Below, in pieces: positions 49,014-58,110 of a stretch of DNA of 64,000 bases (within the stretch, counting starts at the first letter, position 1; each line of letters begins with the position of its first letter). The notes beneath the pieces are model-generated. The model saw only the letters and a program-made list of their open reading frames with translations. It was not told the DNA's origin and made no database searches. The stretch is from positions 892 to 64,891 of the forward strand of contig JBQTKD010000034.1 in the NCBI GenBank assembly GCA_052386455.1, read 5' to 3'. Made by a program: the position numbers and the translations under genes. This DNA is from Sporichthyaceae bacterium. Lineage in GTDB: Bacteria > Actinomycetota > Actinomycetes > Sporichthyales > Sporichthyaceae.

Positions 49014-52000
49014 ACCGGTTCCTCGATCCGTGCCCGACGACGAGCCGCGGGAACCACCGGGACCGCGTCCTCGTCCTCGTCGCTGGAGCGGCGGCGAGCC
49101 GCGGGCAGCGCCAAGACGACGAGGACCAGCAGCCCGCAGCCCTGCAGGAACGCCCAGGCCGGCGTGGTTCGGTCGACGTGACGAACCGTCAGTTCGCCGC
49201 CCTGCGGGGGAAGCGTCCACGCCTGGGCCCAACCCTCGCGGGTCAGCGTCGAGAGCTTCACCCCGTTCAGGCGCGCCTCCCAACGCCGGCCGGCCGGCTC
49301 GGCCAGGGCCAGAATTCGCTTCTCGGAACCGTCGGGCACGGCCGCGCTCGCAGCGACCGCCCCCGAGGGGAGCACCGCGACGGTCCGGGCCTCTTCGAGC
49401 ACGCGAAGCCGACCGGTCGGCAGACTCACGCGCCAGAGGCGGTCGCCGCCGACGGCGCTGACGCGCTCGAGTCCCGGAACGGCGTCCAGCGCCGCCGCGA
49501 CCTGTGGGGCCACCGGCGCGCGCACGACGACGTACCGGACCGCGAAGTCGGCGAGGCGCTGCGCCTGGGCGTCGCCCCGGCCGGAGACCAGGTCGATCGC
49601 GAGGGCCTGCAGCACGCGAGCCGTCGGGCGGGGCACGGAGAGTTCGGCGTCGCCGAAACGCGGCCCGGCGTCGCGCACCAGCGCGTAGGACACCGCGGGG
49701 GGTACGGATCCGGCCGGGACCGCGGCGAGGGAGTCGCCGGTGGAGGAGCGCAGCACCAGCGTCCGCGAGCGGTCCGCGGTGGCGGACTCGGCGGCGACGT
49801 GCACCGGAACCAGCGCGGCCGAGGCGCGGTGCAGCGGGCCGTCGGCTCCGCGCCACAGCCACGCGCTCGCGCCGAGCACCGGGGACAGCAGTGCCACCGC
49901 CGCCAACGAGCCCGCCACCAGCTGCACGCGGCCGAAGTCTCGGGCCACGAGCCGTTCGGCCTGGCCCGCGCAGCCGACCAACGCGGCGACGAGCATGCCT
50001 GCGGTGGCCAGCGCCAGGGCGGGCCCCGGCCAGGCGGCGGCCGGGTGCCCGCCGGAGGGGGCGGCCACCGAGACCCGCGAGGCGAGCAGCGCGACGACGA
50101 GCGCGCCGCCGGCGACCGTCCAGCCGAGCAGCACGGTCAGCCGGTCGCGGGCCACGATCAGTCCGACGATGCCGGCGGCCACGACGCCGATGCCGATCCA
50201 CGCCGGGCCGGAGCCGGGCCCGGCCGGGTTCAGGAGCAGCAGCCGCCACGGCTGGATCTCCGGGTCGGACAGTCCGGGGCCGGCAGGACCGAGGTCGAGC
50301 AGCAGGCGGTCCGGATGGCGGATCCAGAACAGCGAGAACGGCACGAGGAGAAGGAACGGCACGAGGGGGACGGTGCCGATCCGAACGAGTCGCGTGCGGT
50401 CTCGGACGAACGCGGCCAGGACCACGGCGGCGGTCGACACGAACAGCCAGAGCAGCGGAGCGAACGCGGCGATCACGACGAGGAGCAGGGCGGCGGTCCA
50501 CGCCGCGCGCGGCGTGCCGCCGCCCGCCCAGGCCCGGACGACGGACCGCAGCAGCGGCGGCAGGAGGACGATCGCGACGACGGCGCCGAGCCGCCCGGCC
50601 GCTACCGCGCCGACGAGCGCCGGGCTCAGCGCGTACGCGGCCGCGCCCCAGAACCGCAGTGCGGGCGTCGTCGGCAGCCCGCGCGCGGACAGCCAGGCGG
50701 AGAGGCCCGCCAGTGGCACGGCCCCGACGAAGAGGATCGCGATCAGCAGGGACACGTTGCCGAACAGGGGCAGCGCGGCCAGGGCGAGCAGCGCCTGCGC
50801 CGGGGCGGCGGTGCTGCCGCTGCCGGCGCCGACGGCGTGCCAGCCGTCGACGTAGGAGCCGAGCAGGCCACGCGAGCCGTCGACCAGGGGCAGCATCGCG
50901 CCGCCGAAGAGCGAGCCGTCGCCGAAGAGCCGGCGCGAGGCCAGCAGCGAGATGCCGAGCAGGCCGAGAACGAGGACGGCGGCGGGGCTGCGGCCGACGC
51001 GGCGCAGCAGCACGCCACCGGCGCTGCGGTCGAGTTCGGCGACGTCCACGTCGCCGTCGGCAGGCCCGGCGCGGTGCTTGCCGATGGCGTCGCGGTCCAC
51101 GCGGAAGCCGTCGAGGGCGTGGGTGAGGGCCTCCCGAGCGACCTCGAACTGGTGGCCCGGTGGCGGGAAGAGCCGGCGAAGCGTGGTGGGGGCTACCTGG
51201 TGATGGGCGCGGCGGGCGCGGCGCATGCGCCGGATCGCGCGCGGGCGGATCAGAACGGACCAGACGGCACGCAGTTCGTCGGCGGCGTGGCCGGGAAGCT
51301 TGGCGACGAGGTAGCCGACGGCGCGGAGCAGGCTGCCGAGGAGCAGCCGGGGCCAGGCCACTACGAAGGCCCGAGTGGAGAGGTTGGCCAGCAGGACGCG
51401 CAGCGCGCCGGCACGGTCGAGGTGGTGCACGCGGCCGGAGCCGACGTCGACGTCGCGACGCTCCCGGTAGGCCGCCTCGGCGTGGTAGACGACGGCAGCC
51501 GGCACGACCGCGACCTTGAACCCGGCCAGCCACGCCCGCCAGCACAGGTCGACGTCGTCGCGGAGCAGTTGCAGGTGCGGGTCGAAGCCGCCGAGGGAGT
51601 CCCAGACGTCGCGGCGGATCAGCATTCCGGCGCTGGAGACGGCGAGGGTCTGGGACCGGTGGTCGTGCTGGCCCTGGTCTTCTTCGCCGATCTCGATGCC
51701 GGTCTCGCGGCGGCCGCCGCCGTCGACGGTGACGCCGACCTCGAGCAGCACGCGGCGGTGGTACCAGGCGCGCAGCTTGGGGCCGAGGACGGCGCGGTTC
51801 GGGTCGTCGAGGGTGTTGGCGAGCAGGTGCGCGAGCGCGTCCGGTTCGGGCTCGGCGTCGTCGTGCAGGAGCCAGATCCACTCGACGGCGTTCTCCGGCA
51901 CCTGGCTGGAGGCGTCGGCTCGCGCGATGGCGGCCTTGACGGCGGCGCCGAAGCCGCTGGTGCGCGGGCAGCGCACGATGTCGGCGTCGTCGACCCAGTC

Positions 52001-52174
52001 CCGGACCTGCTCCACGGAGCCGTCGAGGCTGCCGGTGTCCGCCACCACGAGCCGCTGCCAGGGCGCAAGCTGCTCGAAGAGTGCCGGCAGCACCTGCGGG
52101 AGCCACCGTCCGCCGTCGTGCGTGACGAGCACTGCCGTCACGTAGACGGAACGGTGTTCGCTCTCGGCAGGCAT
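49010..52174 (-). CDS. Family-2 glycosyltransferase fused to a large polytopic membrane domain
   Basis: ORF 49010..52174(-), 1054 aa. N-terminal GT2 domain with VLVTHDGGRWL, VADTGSLDGS and LLHDDAEPEPD. About 600 aa of multiple TM helices and an extracytoplasmic C-terminal region follow. Confidence 0.85.
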   Translation of the reverse strand: MPAESEHRSVYVTAVLVTHDGGRWLPQVLPALFEQLAPWQRLVVADTGSLDGSVEQVRDWVDDADIVRCPRTSGFGAAVKAAIARADASSQVPENAVEWIWLLHDDAEPEPDALAHLLANTLDDPNRAVLGPKLRAWYHRRVLLEVGVTVDGGGRRETGIEIGEEDQGQHDHRSQTLAVSSAGMLIRRDVWDSLGGFDPHLQLLRDDVDLCWRAWLAGFKVAVVPAAVVYHAEAAYRERRDVDVGSGRVHHLDRAGALRVLLANLSTRAFVVAWPRLLLGSLLRAVGYLVAKLPGHAADELRAVWSVLIRPRAIRRMRRARRAHHQVAPTTLRRLFPPPGHQFEVAREALTHALDGFRVDRDAIGKHRAGPADGDVDVAELDRSAGGVLLRRVGRSPAAVLVLGLLGISLLASRRLFGDGSLFGGAMLPLVDGSRGLLGSYVDGWHAVGAGSGSTAAPAQALLALAALPLFGNVSLLIAILFVGAVPLAGLSAWLSARGLPTTPALRFWGAAAYALSPALVGAVAAGRLGAVVAIVLLPPLLRSVVRAWAGGGTPRAAWTAALLLVVIAAFAPLLWLFVSTAAVVLAAFVRDRTRLVRIGTVPLVPFLLLVPFSLFWIRHPDRLLLDLGPAGPGLSDPEIQPWRLLLLNPAGPGSGPAWIGIGVVAAGIVGLIVARDRLTVLLGWTVAGGALVVALLASRVSVAAPSGGHPAAAWPGPALALATAGMLVAALVGCAGQAERLVARDFGRVQLVAGSLAAVALLSPVLGASAWLWRGADGPLHRASAALVPVHVAAESATADRSRTLVLRSSTGDSLAAVPAGSVPPAVSYALVRDAGPRFGDAELSVPRPTARVLQALAIDLVSGRGDAQAQRLADFAVRYVVVRAPVAPQVAAALDAVPGLERVSAVGGDRLWRVSLPTGRLRVLEEARTVAVLPSGAVAASAAVPDGSEKRILALAEPAGRRWEARLNGVKLSTLTREGWAQAWTLPPQGGELTVRHVDRTTPAWAFLQGCGLLVLVVLALPAARRRSSDEDEDAVPVVPAARRRARIEEPV

Positions 52175-52338
52175 GCGCAGTCCGTCGGGTCGCCGGTAGC
52201 GCAGGAAACGATCAGCGCCCTTCGCAGGGTAGGCCCCGCGACGCAGGCGTCGGGCTCACTGCGCAGATCCGGTGACACGCGCCGCCGGGCATATCGGACC
52301 TACCCGGCGCAACCGCTTCGCGCGCCCCGTCGCCAATC

Positions 52339-52412
52339 GCGCTGTACAGCGCTCCGTGAGTGCCGGCGGCCACCTACTGCGGCGTGTCGTCGCAAGCTGC
52401 GCTGTACAGCGC
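52339..52412. repeat. Pair of GCGCTGTACAGCGC palindromes, 60 bp apart
   Basis: Exact 14-mers at 52339-52352 and 52399-52412. The second extends to the 16-bp palindrome TGCGCTGTACAGCGCA. The pair lies between the whiB stop (52457) and the GT2 start (52174). Confidence 0.85.
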
Positions 52413-52456
52413 AGTTGGTTGCTACAGAGCGGCCGCGCGGCGCAAGACGGGTGTTG

Positions 52457-52717
52457 TTAGACCGCGCGCTTCTTGAGACGGCGGCGCTCGCGCTCGGACA
52501 TGCCGCCCCAGATGCCGAAGCGTTCGTCGTGGGCGAGGGCGTACTCGAGGCAGTCGCCGCGCACATTGCAGGACAGGCAGACCTTCTTGGCCTCGCGGGT
52601 GGAGCCGCCCTTCTCGGGGAAAAACGCCTCCGGGTCCGTCTCCGCGCAGAGCGCCTGGTCCTGCCAGTTGGACTCGACCTCTACGCCGCCAAGCAGGGGA
52701 AGAACTACCTCACCCAT
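52457..52717 (-). CDS. whiB: WhiB-family Fe-S transcription factor (WhiB2/WhiB-like by context)
   Basis: Lower part of ORF 52457..52855(-). The ATG at 52717 has GAGGAGG upstream. Four Cys in ALCAETDPEAFFP...KKVCLSCNVRGDCLEYAL. GIWGG turn and a basic tail. Confidence 0.93.
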   Translation of the reverse strand: MGEVVLPLLGGVEVESNWQDQALCAETDPEAFFPEKGGSTREAKKVCLSCNVRGDCLEYALAHDERFGIWGGMSERERRRLKKRAV

Positions 52718-53054
52718 GGCTGCCTCCTCGACCCTCAAGTTGGCGGGGTAGGTCCCGCCGGGCGCCGGCACGATCCGGGCTAACCGGAACGAAACGACAC
52801 GCGTGAAATTACACTCTTGCCAATCCTTTGGCGTCAACCGCCGGGCAGGCCCCAAACCGCGACACGCCGGGCGACACGCCGGACATTTCGCCCAGCATTA
52901 ACAACAACCCCACCCGTTGCTCGAGTTGTACCACGTCCCGGGGCCCCAGCTGAAACCCGAGAAGGACTCGGAAGCAAAGCCTTTCAAGACTGCGCAAATC
53001 GGCCACGCGGCACCCGGTCGCCGTGCGGGGCTGCCCGCTTGCGACGATGCCCGC

Positions 53055-54059
53055 ATGCGGATCGTGGCGTTGGCCGGCGGGGTGGGAGCGGCGCGCTTCC
53101 TGCGCGGTCTGCTGGCGCATCTTGCGGAGGCCGACCCCGGTGCGGAGGTCGTCGTGGTGGGCAACACCGCGGACGACGTGGTGCTGCACGGCCTGCACGT
53201 CTCCCCCGACCTGGACACCGTCATGTACTCCCTCGGCGGGGGCATTCACCCCGGCCAGGGCTGGGGCCGCGAGGGCGAGACGCACGCCGTCCAGTCCGAG
53301 CTCTCCGCCTACGGCGAGGGTCCCGACTGGTTCTCCCTCGGCGACCGAGACATCGCCACGCACCTGATCCGTACCCGCCTCCTGGCCGAGGGCGCCACGC
53401 TGTCCCAGGCCACGGCGGTGCTGTGCGAACGGTGGTTGTCGGCGAGCTGGCGAGCCGACCGGACACTGTCCGGCTTCCGCCTTCTGCCGATGACCGACGA
53501 CCCGGTGACGACGCAGGTGACCGTCGCGGGCGAGAGCGGGATCCGCACGCTGCACTTCCAGGAGTACTGGGTGCGGCTGGGGGCCCCCGAGGCCCTGTCC
53601 GTCTCATTTGTCGGTGCCGACAAGGCGACGCCCGCTCCGGGGGTCGTCGATGCGATCCGCGGCGCGGACGTCGTGCTCTTCCCGCCGTCCAACCCGGTGG
53701 TCAGCATCGGCACGATCCTGGCCGTGCCGGGCGTCCGAGAGGCGGTCGCCGGCACGGGCGCGCCCGTCGTCGGCGTCTCGCCGATCGTCGGCGGCGCTCC
53801 GGTGCGGGGCATGGCCGACCGCATGCTCGCCGCCATCGGCGTCCCCACCGCCGCCGACGCCGTAGCCCTGCACTACGGCGCCCGCAGCAGCGGCGGCGTC
53901 CTGGACGGCTGGCTGGTCGACGACGCCGATGCGGCCGCAGTCGAGCCGCTCACCGAGGCCGGCATCGCCACCCGAGCCCTCCCCCTGCTGATGCGGGACG
54001 TCCCCACCACCGCCGCCATGGCCGCCGCCGCGCTCGATCTCGCCGCGGCCTGCCGATGA
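53055..54059 (+). CDS. fbiA: 2-phospho-L-lactate (or EPPG) transferase CofD/FbiA (F420 biosynthesis)
   Basis: Tail of ORF 52917..54059(+), starting at the ATG at 53055. The sequence reads MRIVALAGGVGAARFLRGL...VVGNTADD...VSPDLDTVMYSLGG. Confidence 0.92.
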   Translation: MRIVALAGGVGAARFLRGLLAHLAEADPGAEVVVVGNTADDVVLHGLHVSPDLDTVMYSLGGGIHPGQGWGREGETHAVQSELSAYGEGPDWFSLGDRDIATHLIRTRLLAEGATLSQATAVLCERWLSASWRADRTLSGFRLLPMTDDPVTTQVTVAGESGIRTLHFQEYWVRLGAPEALSVSFVGADKATPAPGVVDAIRGADVVLFPPSNPVVSIGTILAVPGVREAVAGTGAPVVGVSPIVGGAPVRGMADRMLAAIGVPTAADAVALHYGARSSGGVLDGWLVDDADAAAVEPLTEAGIATRALPLLMRDVPTTAAMAAAALDLAAACR

Positions 54060-54073
54060 GCCCCCGCACTGTC

Positions 54074-54125
54074 CGTAGCGTCCGAACAGGTGGTCGCTAT
54101 AGCGCCCGTTCTTTCGGACGTTACG
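54074..54125. repeat. Intra-operon palindromic element of the ACGTCCG-arm family, between fbiA and fbiB
   Basis: CGTAGCGTCCGAA (54074-54086) pairs with TTCGGACGTTACG (54113-54125) at 12 of 13 positions. The centre CGCTATAGCG (54095-54104) matches the centre of the element at 19-112. Confidence 0.7.
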
Positions 54126-54141
54126 AGGGTTCGAGGCCGCG

Positions 54142-55431
54142 TTGAACGTCGAGATCTTCCCCGTCGAGGGGATCGGGGAGGTCGTCGAGGGGACGGACCT
54201 CGCCGAGCTGACGGTGCGTCATGCCCCCTTCCTGCGCGACGGGGACGTGGTGGTGGTCTCGAGCAAGATCGTGAGCAAGGCCGAGGGCCGCACGATGCAG
54301 GCACCAGATCGGGAAGCGGCGATCGACGCCGAAACGGTCCGGGTCGTGGCCTACCGGCGGGGCACTCGAATCGTCGAGACCCGGCACGGACTTGTCATGG
54401 CCGCGGCAGGCGTGGACGCCAGCAACGTCGCGCCGGGCACCGTCCTCCTGCTGCCCGAGGATCCGGACGCCTCGGCTCGCGCGATCCGGGCGGGGATCGC
54501 GGCCCGCGCCGGGGCGACCGTGGCCGTGCTGATCACCGATTCGTTCGGGCGGCCCTGGCGCCAGGGCGTCGTCGACGTGACCATCGGCGCCGCCGGTCTA
54601 GACCCGGTGGACGACCTGCGCGGCGGGACCGACACGTACGGCAACCCGCTGGAGGTCACCGTCGTCGCGGTCGCAGACGAGCTCGCCTCGGCGGCCGAGT
54701 TGGTGAAGACCAAGCTCGGCGGAACGCCGATCGCCGTGGTTCGCGGACTCGACGTCGTGACGGCCGCGGACGGTCCCGGCGCGCGTGCGCTGCTCCGCCC
54801 GTCGGCAGACGACATGTTCTCCCTCGGGACCGCCGAGGCCCGCCGCACCGCGGTCACCGCTCGCCGGACCGTGCGGCACTGGGCGCCAACGCCGGTGGAC
54901 CGGGCCGCGGTGGACCGGGCGATGGCTGCTGCGCTGACGGCCCCGGCCCCGCACCACACGCATCCCTTCCGGTTCGTCGTCCTCTCCGATCCGGCCGCCC
55001 GACCGGCCTTCCTCGACGCCCTGCTCGAGGCGTGGATCGCCGATCTGACCGCGGACGCGTTCACGCCCGAGCAGATCGCCAGGCGCACCGCCCGCGGCGA
55101 CGTGCTGCGCCGCGCCCCCCTGGTCGTGGTCCCGTTCCTGACCGGCGAGGGCATGCACGACTACCCGGACGATCGCCGCAACGCCCACGAGCGCGAGATG
55201 TTCCTCGCCGCCGGCGGCGGGGCCGTGCAGAGCCTGCTGATCGCCTTGGCCGCCGAGGGCCTCGGTGCCTGCTGGATCTCCTCCACCCTGTTCGCCCCGG
55301 ACGTCACCCGCGCCGCCCTGGACCTCCCCGCCGACTGGCAGCCGCTCGGCGCCGTCGGCATCGGCAACCCCCTCGACGCCCCCGCGGACCGCCCCCCAAT
55401 CGACCCCACCCCCTACGTCCTCGAGCGCTGA
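54142..55431 (+). CDS. fbiB: Bifunctional F420 gamma-glutamyl ligase / dehydro-F420-0 reductase (CofE plus nitroreductase domain), FbiB
   Basis: ORF 54142..55431(+) with a TTG start. CofE motifs [13 protein letters not shown] and [12 protein letters not shown]. The C-terminal nitroreductase-like domain contains RRTVRHW. Confidence 0.92.
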   Translation: MNVEIFPVEGIGEVVEGTDLAELTVRHAPFLRDGDVVVVSSKIVSKAEGRTMQAPDREAAIDAETVRVVAYRRGTRIVETRHGLVMAAAGVDASNVAPGTVLLLPEDPDASARAIRAGIAARAGATVAVLITDSFGRPWRQGVVDVTIGAAGLDPVDDLRGGTDTYGNPLEVTVVAVADELASAAELVKTKLGGTPIAVVRGLDVVTAADGPGARALLRPSADDMFSLGTAEARRTAVTARRTVRHWAPTPVDRAAVDRAMAAALTAPAPHHTHPFRFVVLSDPAARPAFLDALLEAWIADLTADAFTPEQIARRTARGDVLRRAPLVVVPFLTGEGMHDYPDDRRNAHEREMFLAAGGGAVQSLLIALAAEGLGACWISSTLFAPDVTRAALDLPADWQPLGAVGIGNPLDAPADRPPIDPTPYVLER

Positions 55432-55450
55432 CCCCGCCGCATCGCACGGA

Positions 55451-55524
55451 GCGCTGTACAGCGCTGCCGGCGACGCCACGCCGGGTCCAAGCCCCCGGAG
55501 GTCGCACGGGGCGCTGTACAGCGC
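55451..55524. repeat. Second pair of GCGCTGTACAGCGC palindromes, 60 bp apart
   Basis: Exact 14-mers at 55451-55464 and 55511-55524. Both are preceded by TCGCACGGr. The pair lies between convergent stops at 55431 and 55547. Confidence 0.85.
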
Positions 55525-55546
55525 AATGGCGTGCAAGCCGGTGGGG

Positions 55547-56500
55547 CTAGTGGGCGCGGTGGTCCTGGATGGTGATGCGGGGGCCGCGGCGGGGAGCGCG
55601 GATGCCGGAGAGGCCGATGAAGGAGCAGGCCCGGTAGCGGTGGCCGGCGTAGGGCTCGAGGAGTTCGAGCATCCGGTCGTCGTCGACGCGTTCGCCGATC
55701 AGCGCGAAGCCGACGTCCTTCGCCAGGTGGTAGTCGCCGACGAGCACCGCGTCCGGGTCGCCGTGCGACCGCTGCCGGACCTCGGCGGAGGTCCAGACCC
55801 CGATCCCGGGCAGCGCCCGTAGCCGTTGGTCGGCAACTGCGGTACCGAGCGCGACGGTTTCCTCCAGACGCCCGGCGTAGCGGACCGCGTTCACGATGGT
55901 CCGCGACTGCGGCGGCTCGACCCCGGCGCGGTGCCACGCCCAGGAGGGAATCTGCGCCCAGGTCGCGGGCTCCGGCGGCACCGTGAGGCCGGCGGGCGCG
56001 GGGCCGGGTGCGGGAGTCCCGTACTCGGCCACCAGGTACCGCCACGAGGCCTTGGCCTGTCGTCCGGTGATCTTCTGCTCGAGAATCGCCGGCACGAGGA
56101 CGTCGACGACGCGGTCGCAGGCGCCGATCCGGAAGCCGGGGTGCTGCCGCATCGCCCGCTCCACGACGGGGTGGTGCGCCTCGAAGCCGGAGTCGTCGTC
56201 GTCCGCTCCGCACATCCGCGGCGCCCGGTCCAGCAGCCAGTCGGCGCCCGGACCCCATGCGGCGGCCGCGACCTCCCCCGTGGACCGCTGCGCCGTGAGA
56301 CGCAGCGTCCCCGGCCCGTCCGGCGTCCGAACCCCGCGCCAGATCGCGCCGACCGCGTCGGTCAGATAGCAGGGGTCGCCGGCGCCGCGACGCAGCACGG
56401 CCACGGTGCGGTGCAGATCGAGCGCGCGGCCCGGGGACCAGATCCGCTCTCGAGTCGTTGACACGCCGGCGAGTCTGCCCGAGGGCACCGACAAAGGCAC
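55547..56500 (-). CDS. DNA-3-methyladenine glycosylase II-like (HhH-GPD superfamily, AlkA-like)
   Basis: ORF 55547..56500(-). HhH-GPD region LRALPGIGVWTSAEVRQRSHGDPDAVLVGDYHLAKDVG. The start is uncertain. Confidence 0.78.
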   Translation of the reverse strand: MPLSVPSGRLAGVSTTRERIWSPGRALDLHRTVAVLRRGAGDPCYLTDAVGAIWRGVRTPDGPGTLRLTAQRSTGEVAAAAWGPGADWLLDRAPRMCGADDDDSGFEAHHPVVERAMRQHPGFRIGACDRVVDVLVPAILEQKITGRQAKASWRYLVAEYGTPAPGPAPAGLTVPPEPATWAQIPSWAWHRAGVEPPQSRTIVNAVRYAGRLEETVALGTAVADQRLRALPGIGVWTSAEVRQRSHGDPDAVLVGDYHLAKDVGFALIGERVDDDRMLELLEPYAGHRYRACSFIGLSGIRAPRRGPRITIQDHRAH

Positions 56501-56559
56501 CCTCCGTAGACTCGCGGGGCGCAGCGCCCGGGTGCCGAGATCAGGAAGGCGCGAACGAC

Positions 56560-57261
56560 GTGTCGAAGCGAGGCAGGGACGGCGAGCGGCGGGACGACCG
56601 CCGAGCCCGCGTCGAGGAGATGAAACGCGCGCAGAAGGCCGCCGAACGACGGAAGAACGTCATCATCGCCGGGGTGTGCGTCGTGGTCGCCGCCGGGCTG
56701 ATCGCCATTCCGGTCGTGGGCATCGCCAAGGACAAGGCCGAGGGCGGGGTCGCCGGCAAGGGCGCCTCCACCGCCGAGGCCGCCTGCGACCCCACCATCG
56801 TCGACAAGGCGTCGGGCACCAGCGACCACGTGAAGGCCGGCACGGTCGTCCAGTACGACACCGCGCCGCCGAGCTCGGGCAAGCACTTCGAGTTCGCCGC
56901 AACGGTGTCGCGCCGCGGCTGGTACGAGCAGAAGGACACCCCGACGGTCGAGCAGCTCGTCCACAACCTCGAGCACGGCTACACGATCGCCTGGTACCTG
57001 CCGACGATGCCCGACGACCAGAAGAAGATCCTCGAGGACATCGCCTCCGACCTGCGCGGCGACAACAGAACCCGCAAGTTCATCGCTGCCCCGTGGGACG
57101 TCGCCCGCGGCCAGTTCCCGGCGAACAAGAACGTCGCGCTCTCCCACTGGGGGGCCAAGGACGCGTACCGCCAGTACTGCGGCCAGGTCTCGGGTGCGGC
57201 CATCAGCGCGTTCATGACGCAGTACCCGGCCGAGGATTCCCCCGAACCGAACACCCCCTGA
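56560..57261 (+). CDS. DUF3105 protein, paralog 1 (His motifs intact)
   Basis: Tail of ORF 56458..57261(+), starting at the GTG at 56560. Basic N-terminus plus one TM segment. Motifs PPSSGKH, VHNLEHGYT and ALSHW. Confidence 0.8.
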   Translation: MSKRGRDGERRDDRRARVEEMKRAQKAAERRKNVIIAGVCVVVAAGLIAIPVVGIAKDKAEGGVAGKGASTAEAACDPTIVDKASGTSDHVKAGTVVQYDTAPPSSGKHFEFAATVSRRGWYEQKDTPTVEQLVHNLEHGYTIAWYLPTMPDDQKKILEDIASDLRGDNRTRKFIAAPWDVARGQFPANKNVALSHWGAKDAYRQYCGQVSGAAISAFMTQYPAEDSPEPNTP

Positions 57262-57290
57262 CGCAGCAACACCGGAAGAGGACTGCCGAC

Positions 57291-58043
57291 GTGGCGAAGC
57301 GACCCAAGGACCCCAACGCGCCCTCCCGCAAGGAGAACAACGAGCGCATCGCCGAGGCGGTCAAGCAGGAGGACCGCAAGGCGTTGCTGGAGAAGCTGCT
57401 GTTCATCGGGCTGCCCGTCGTGCTGGTGGCCGTCGCCGGCACGATTTTCTTCCTCAAGCGAGACGACGGCGGCAGCGACTCCGCGGTCCCCGGCAAGGGC
57501 GACAAGACCTACGAGGCGCTGCAGGACATCGGGGTCAACCCGCAGATCGCCGGCTGCAGCAAGCCGACGAGCGACCCGACGCCGAAAGAAGACGCCATCG
57601 TCGAGGCCGGCAAGAAGAACAAGTACCTGACCATCCCGCCGAGTTCGGGCCCGCGCCTGGCGCAGGCCGCCCAGATCAACGAGGCCGGCTACTACACCGC
57701 GGCGAACCGTCCGCCGGTCGAGGCCCTCGTCGGCAACCTCGCCGAGGGCTGGACCGTGGTCTGGTTCGACGGGGCGGCGCTCGGGCCGAACCAGAAGGCG
57801 CTGATCGAACAGGCGGCGGGCATCCTGCGCAAGGACCCGCGCTACAGCCAGTTCGTCGCCGTGGAGTGGGACGCGAGCTACGGCAGGCTCCCGGACGAGG
57901 GCCCGATCACGCTGACCCGCTGGGTGAAGGGTCCCGGCGAGGCCGGGCACCGGGCCTACTGCAACCAGGCCTCCGGCGAGCTGTTCCGCCAGTGGATGGC
58001 CGCCTACGGCGCGTTCAAGATCCCCGGCATCGACGACTTCTAG
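57291..58043 (+). CDS. DUF3105-like protein, paralog 2 (all three conserved His replaced)
   Basis: Tail of ORF 56406..58043(+). The GTG at 57291 has GGAAGAGGA upstream. One TM segment. The equivalent motifs read PPSSGPR, VGNLAEGWT and TLTRW. Confidence 0.75.
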   Translation: MAKRPKDPNAPSRKENNERIAEAVKQEDRKALLEKLLFIGLPVVLVAVAGTIFFLKRDDGGSDSAVPGKGDKTYEALQDIGVNPQIAGCSKPTSDPTPKEDAIVEAGKKNKYLTIPPSSGPRLAQAAQINEAGYYTAANRPPVEALVGNLAEGWTVVWFDGAALGPNQKALIEQAAGILRKDPRYSQFVAVEWDASYGRLPDEGPITLTRWVKGPGEAGHRAYCNQASGELFRQWMAAYGAFKIPGIDDF

Positions 58044-58110
58044 GCCGCCTCCGCGAGATTGCGTGCAGTAGGCCCTACGTTGGTCCCAGCCTGTTACGGG
58101 AGGGGCCAAA

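Noticed and set aside
49014-52106. Upstream 1030 aa of the 1525-aa ORF 47529..52106(-), which would be by far the largest protein in the window
   Set aside because: The sequence is almost pure R/P/G/A low-complexity. It lies out of frame over the GT2 gene (49010..52174), which has clear motifs. Only the last 494 aa, from the ATG at 49013 with its ATGA overlap, look like a real protein. The long open frame is a by-product of very high GC.
52339-55524. CRISPR-like regular spacing (60 bp) of the GCGCTGTACAGCGC repeats
   Set aside because: There are only two units per locus, the repeat is 14-16 bp, and no cas genes or leader are present. It fits an intergenic palindromic element better.
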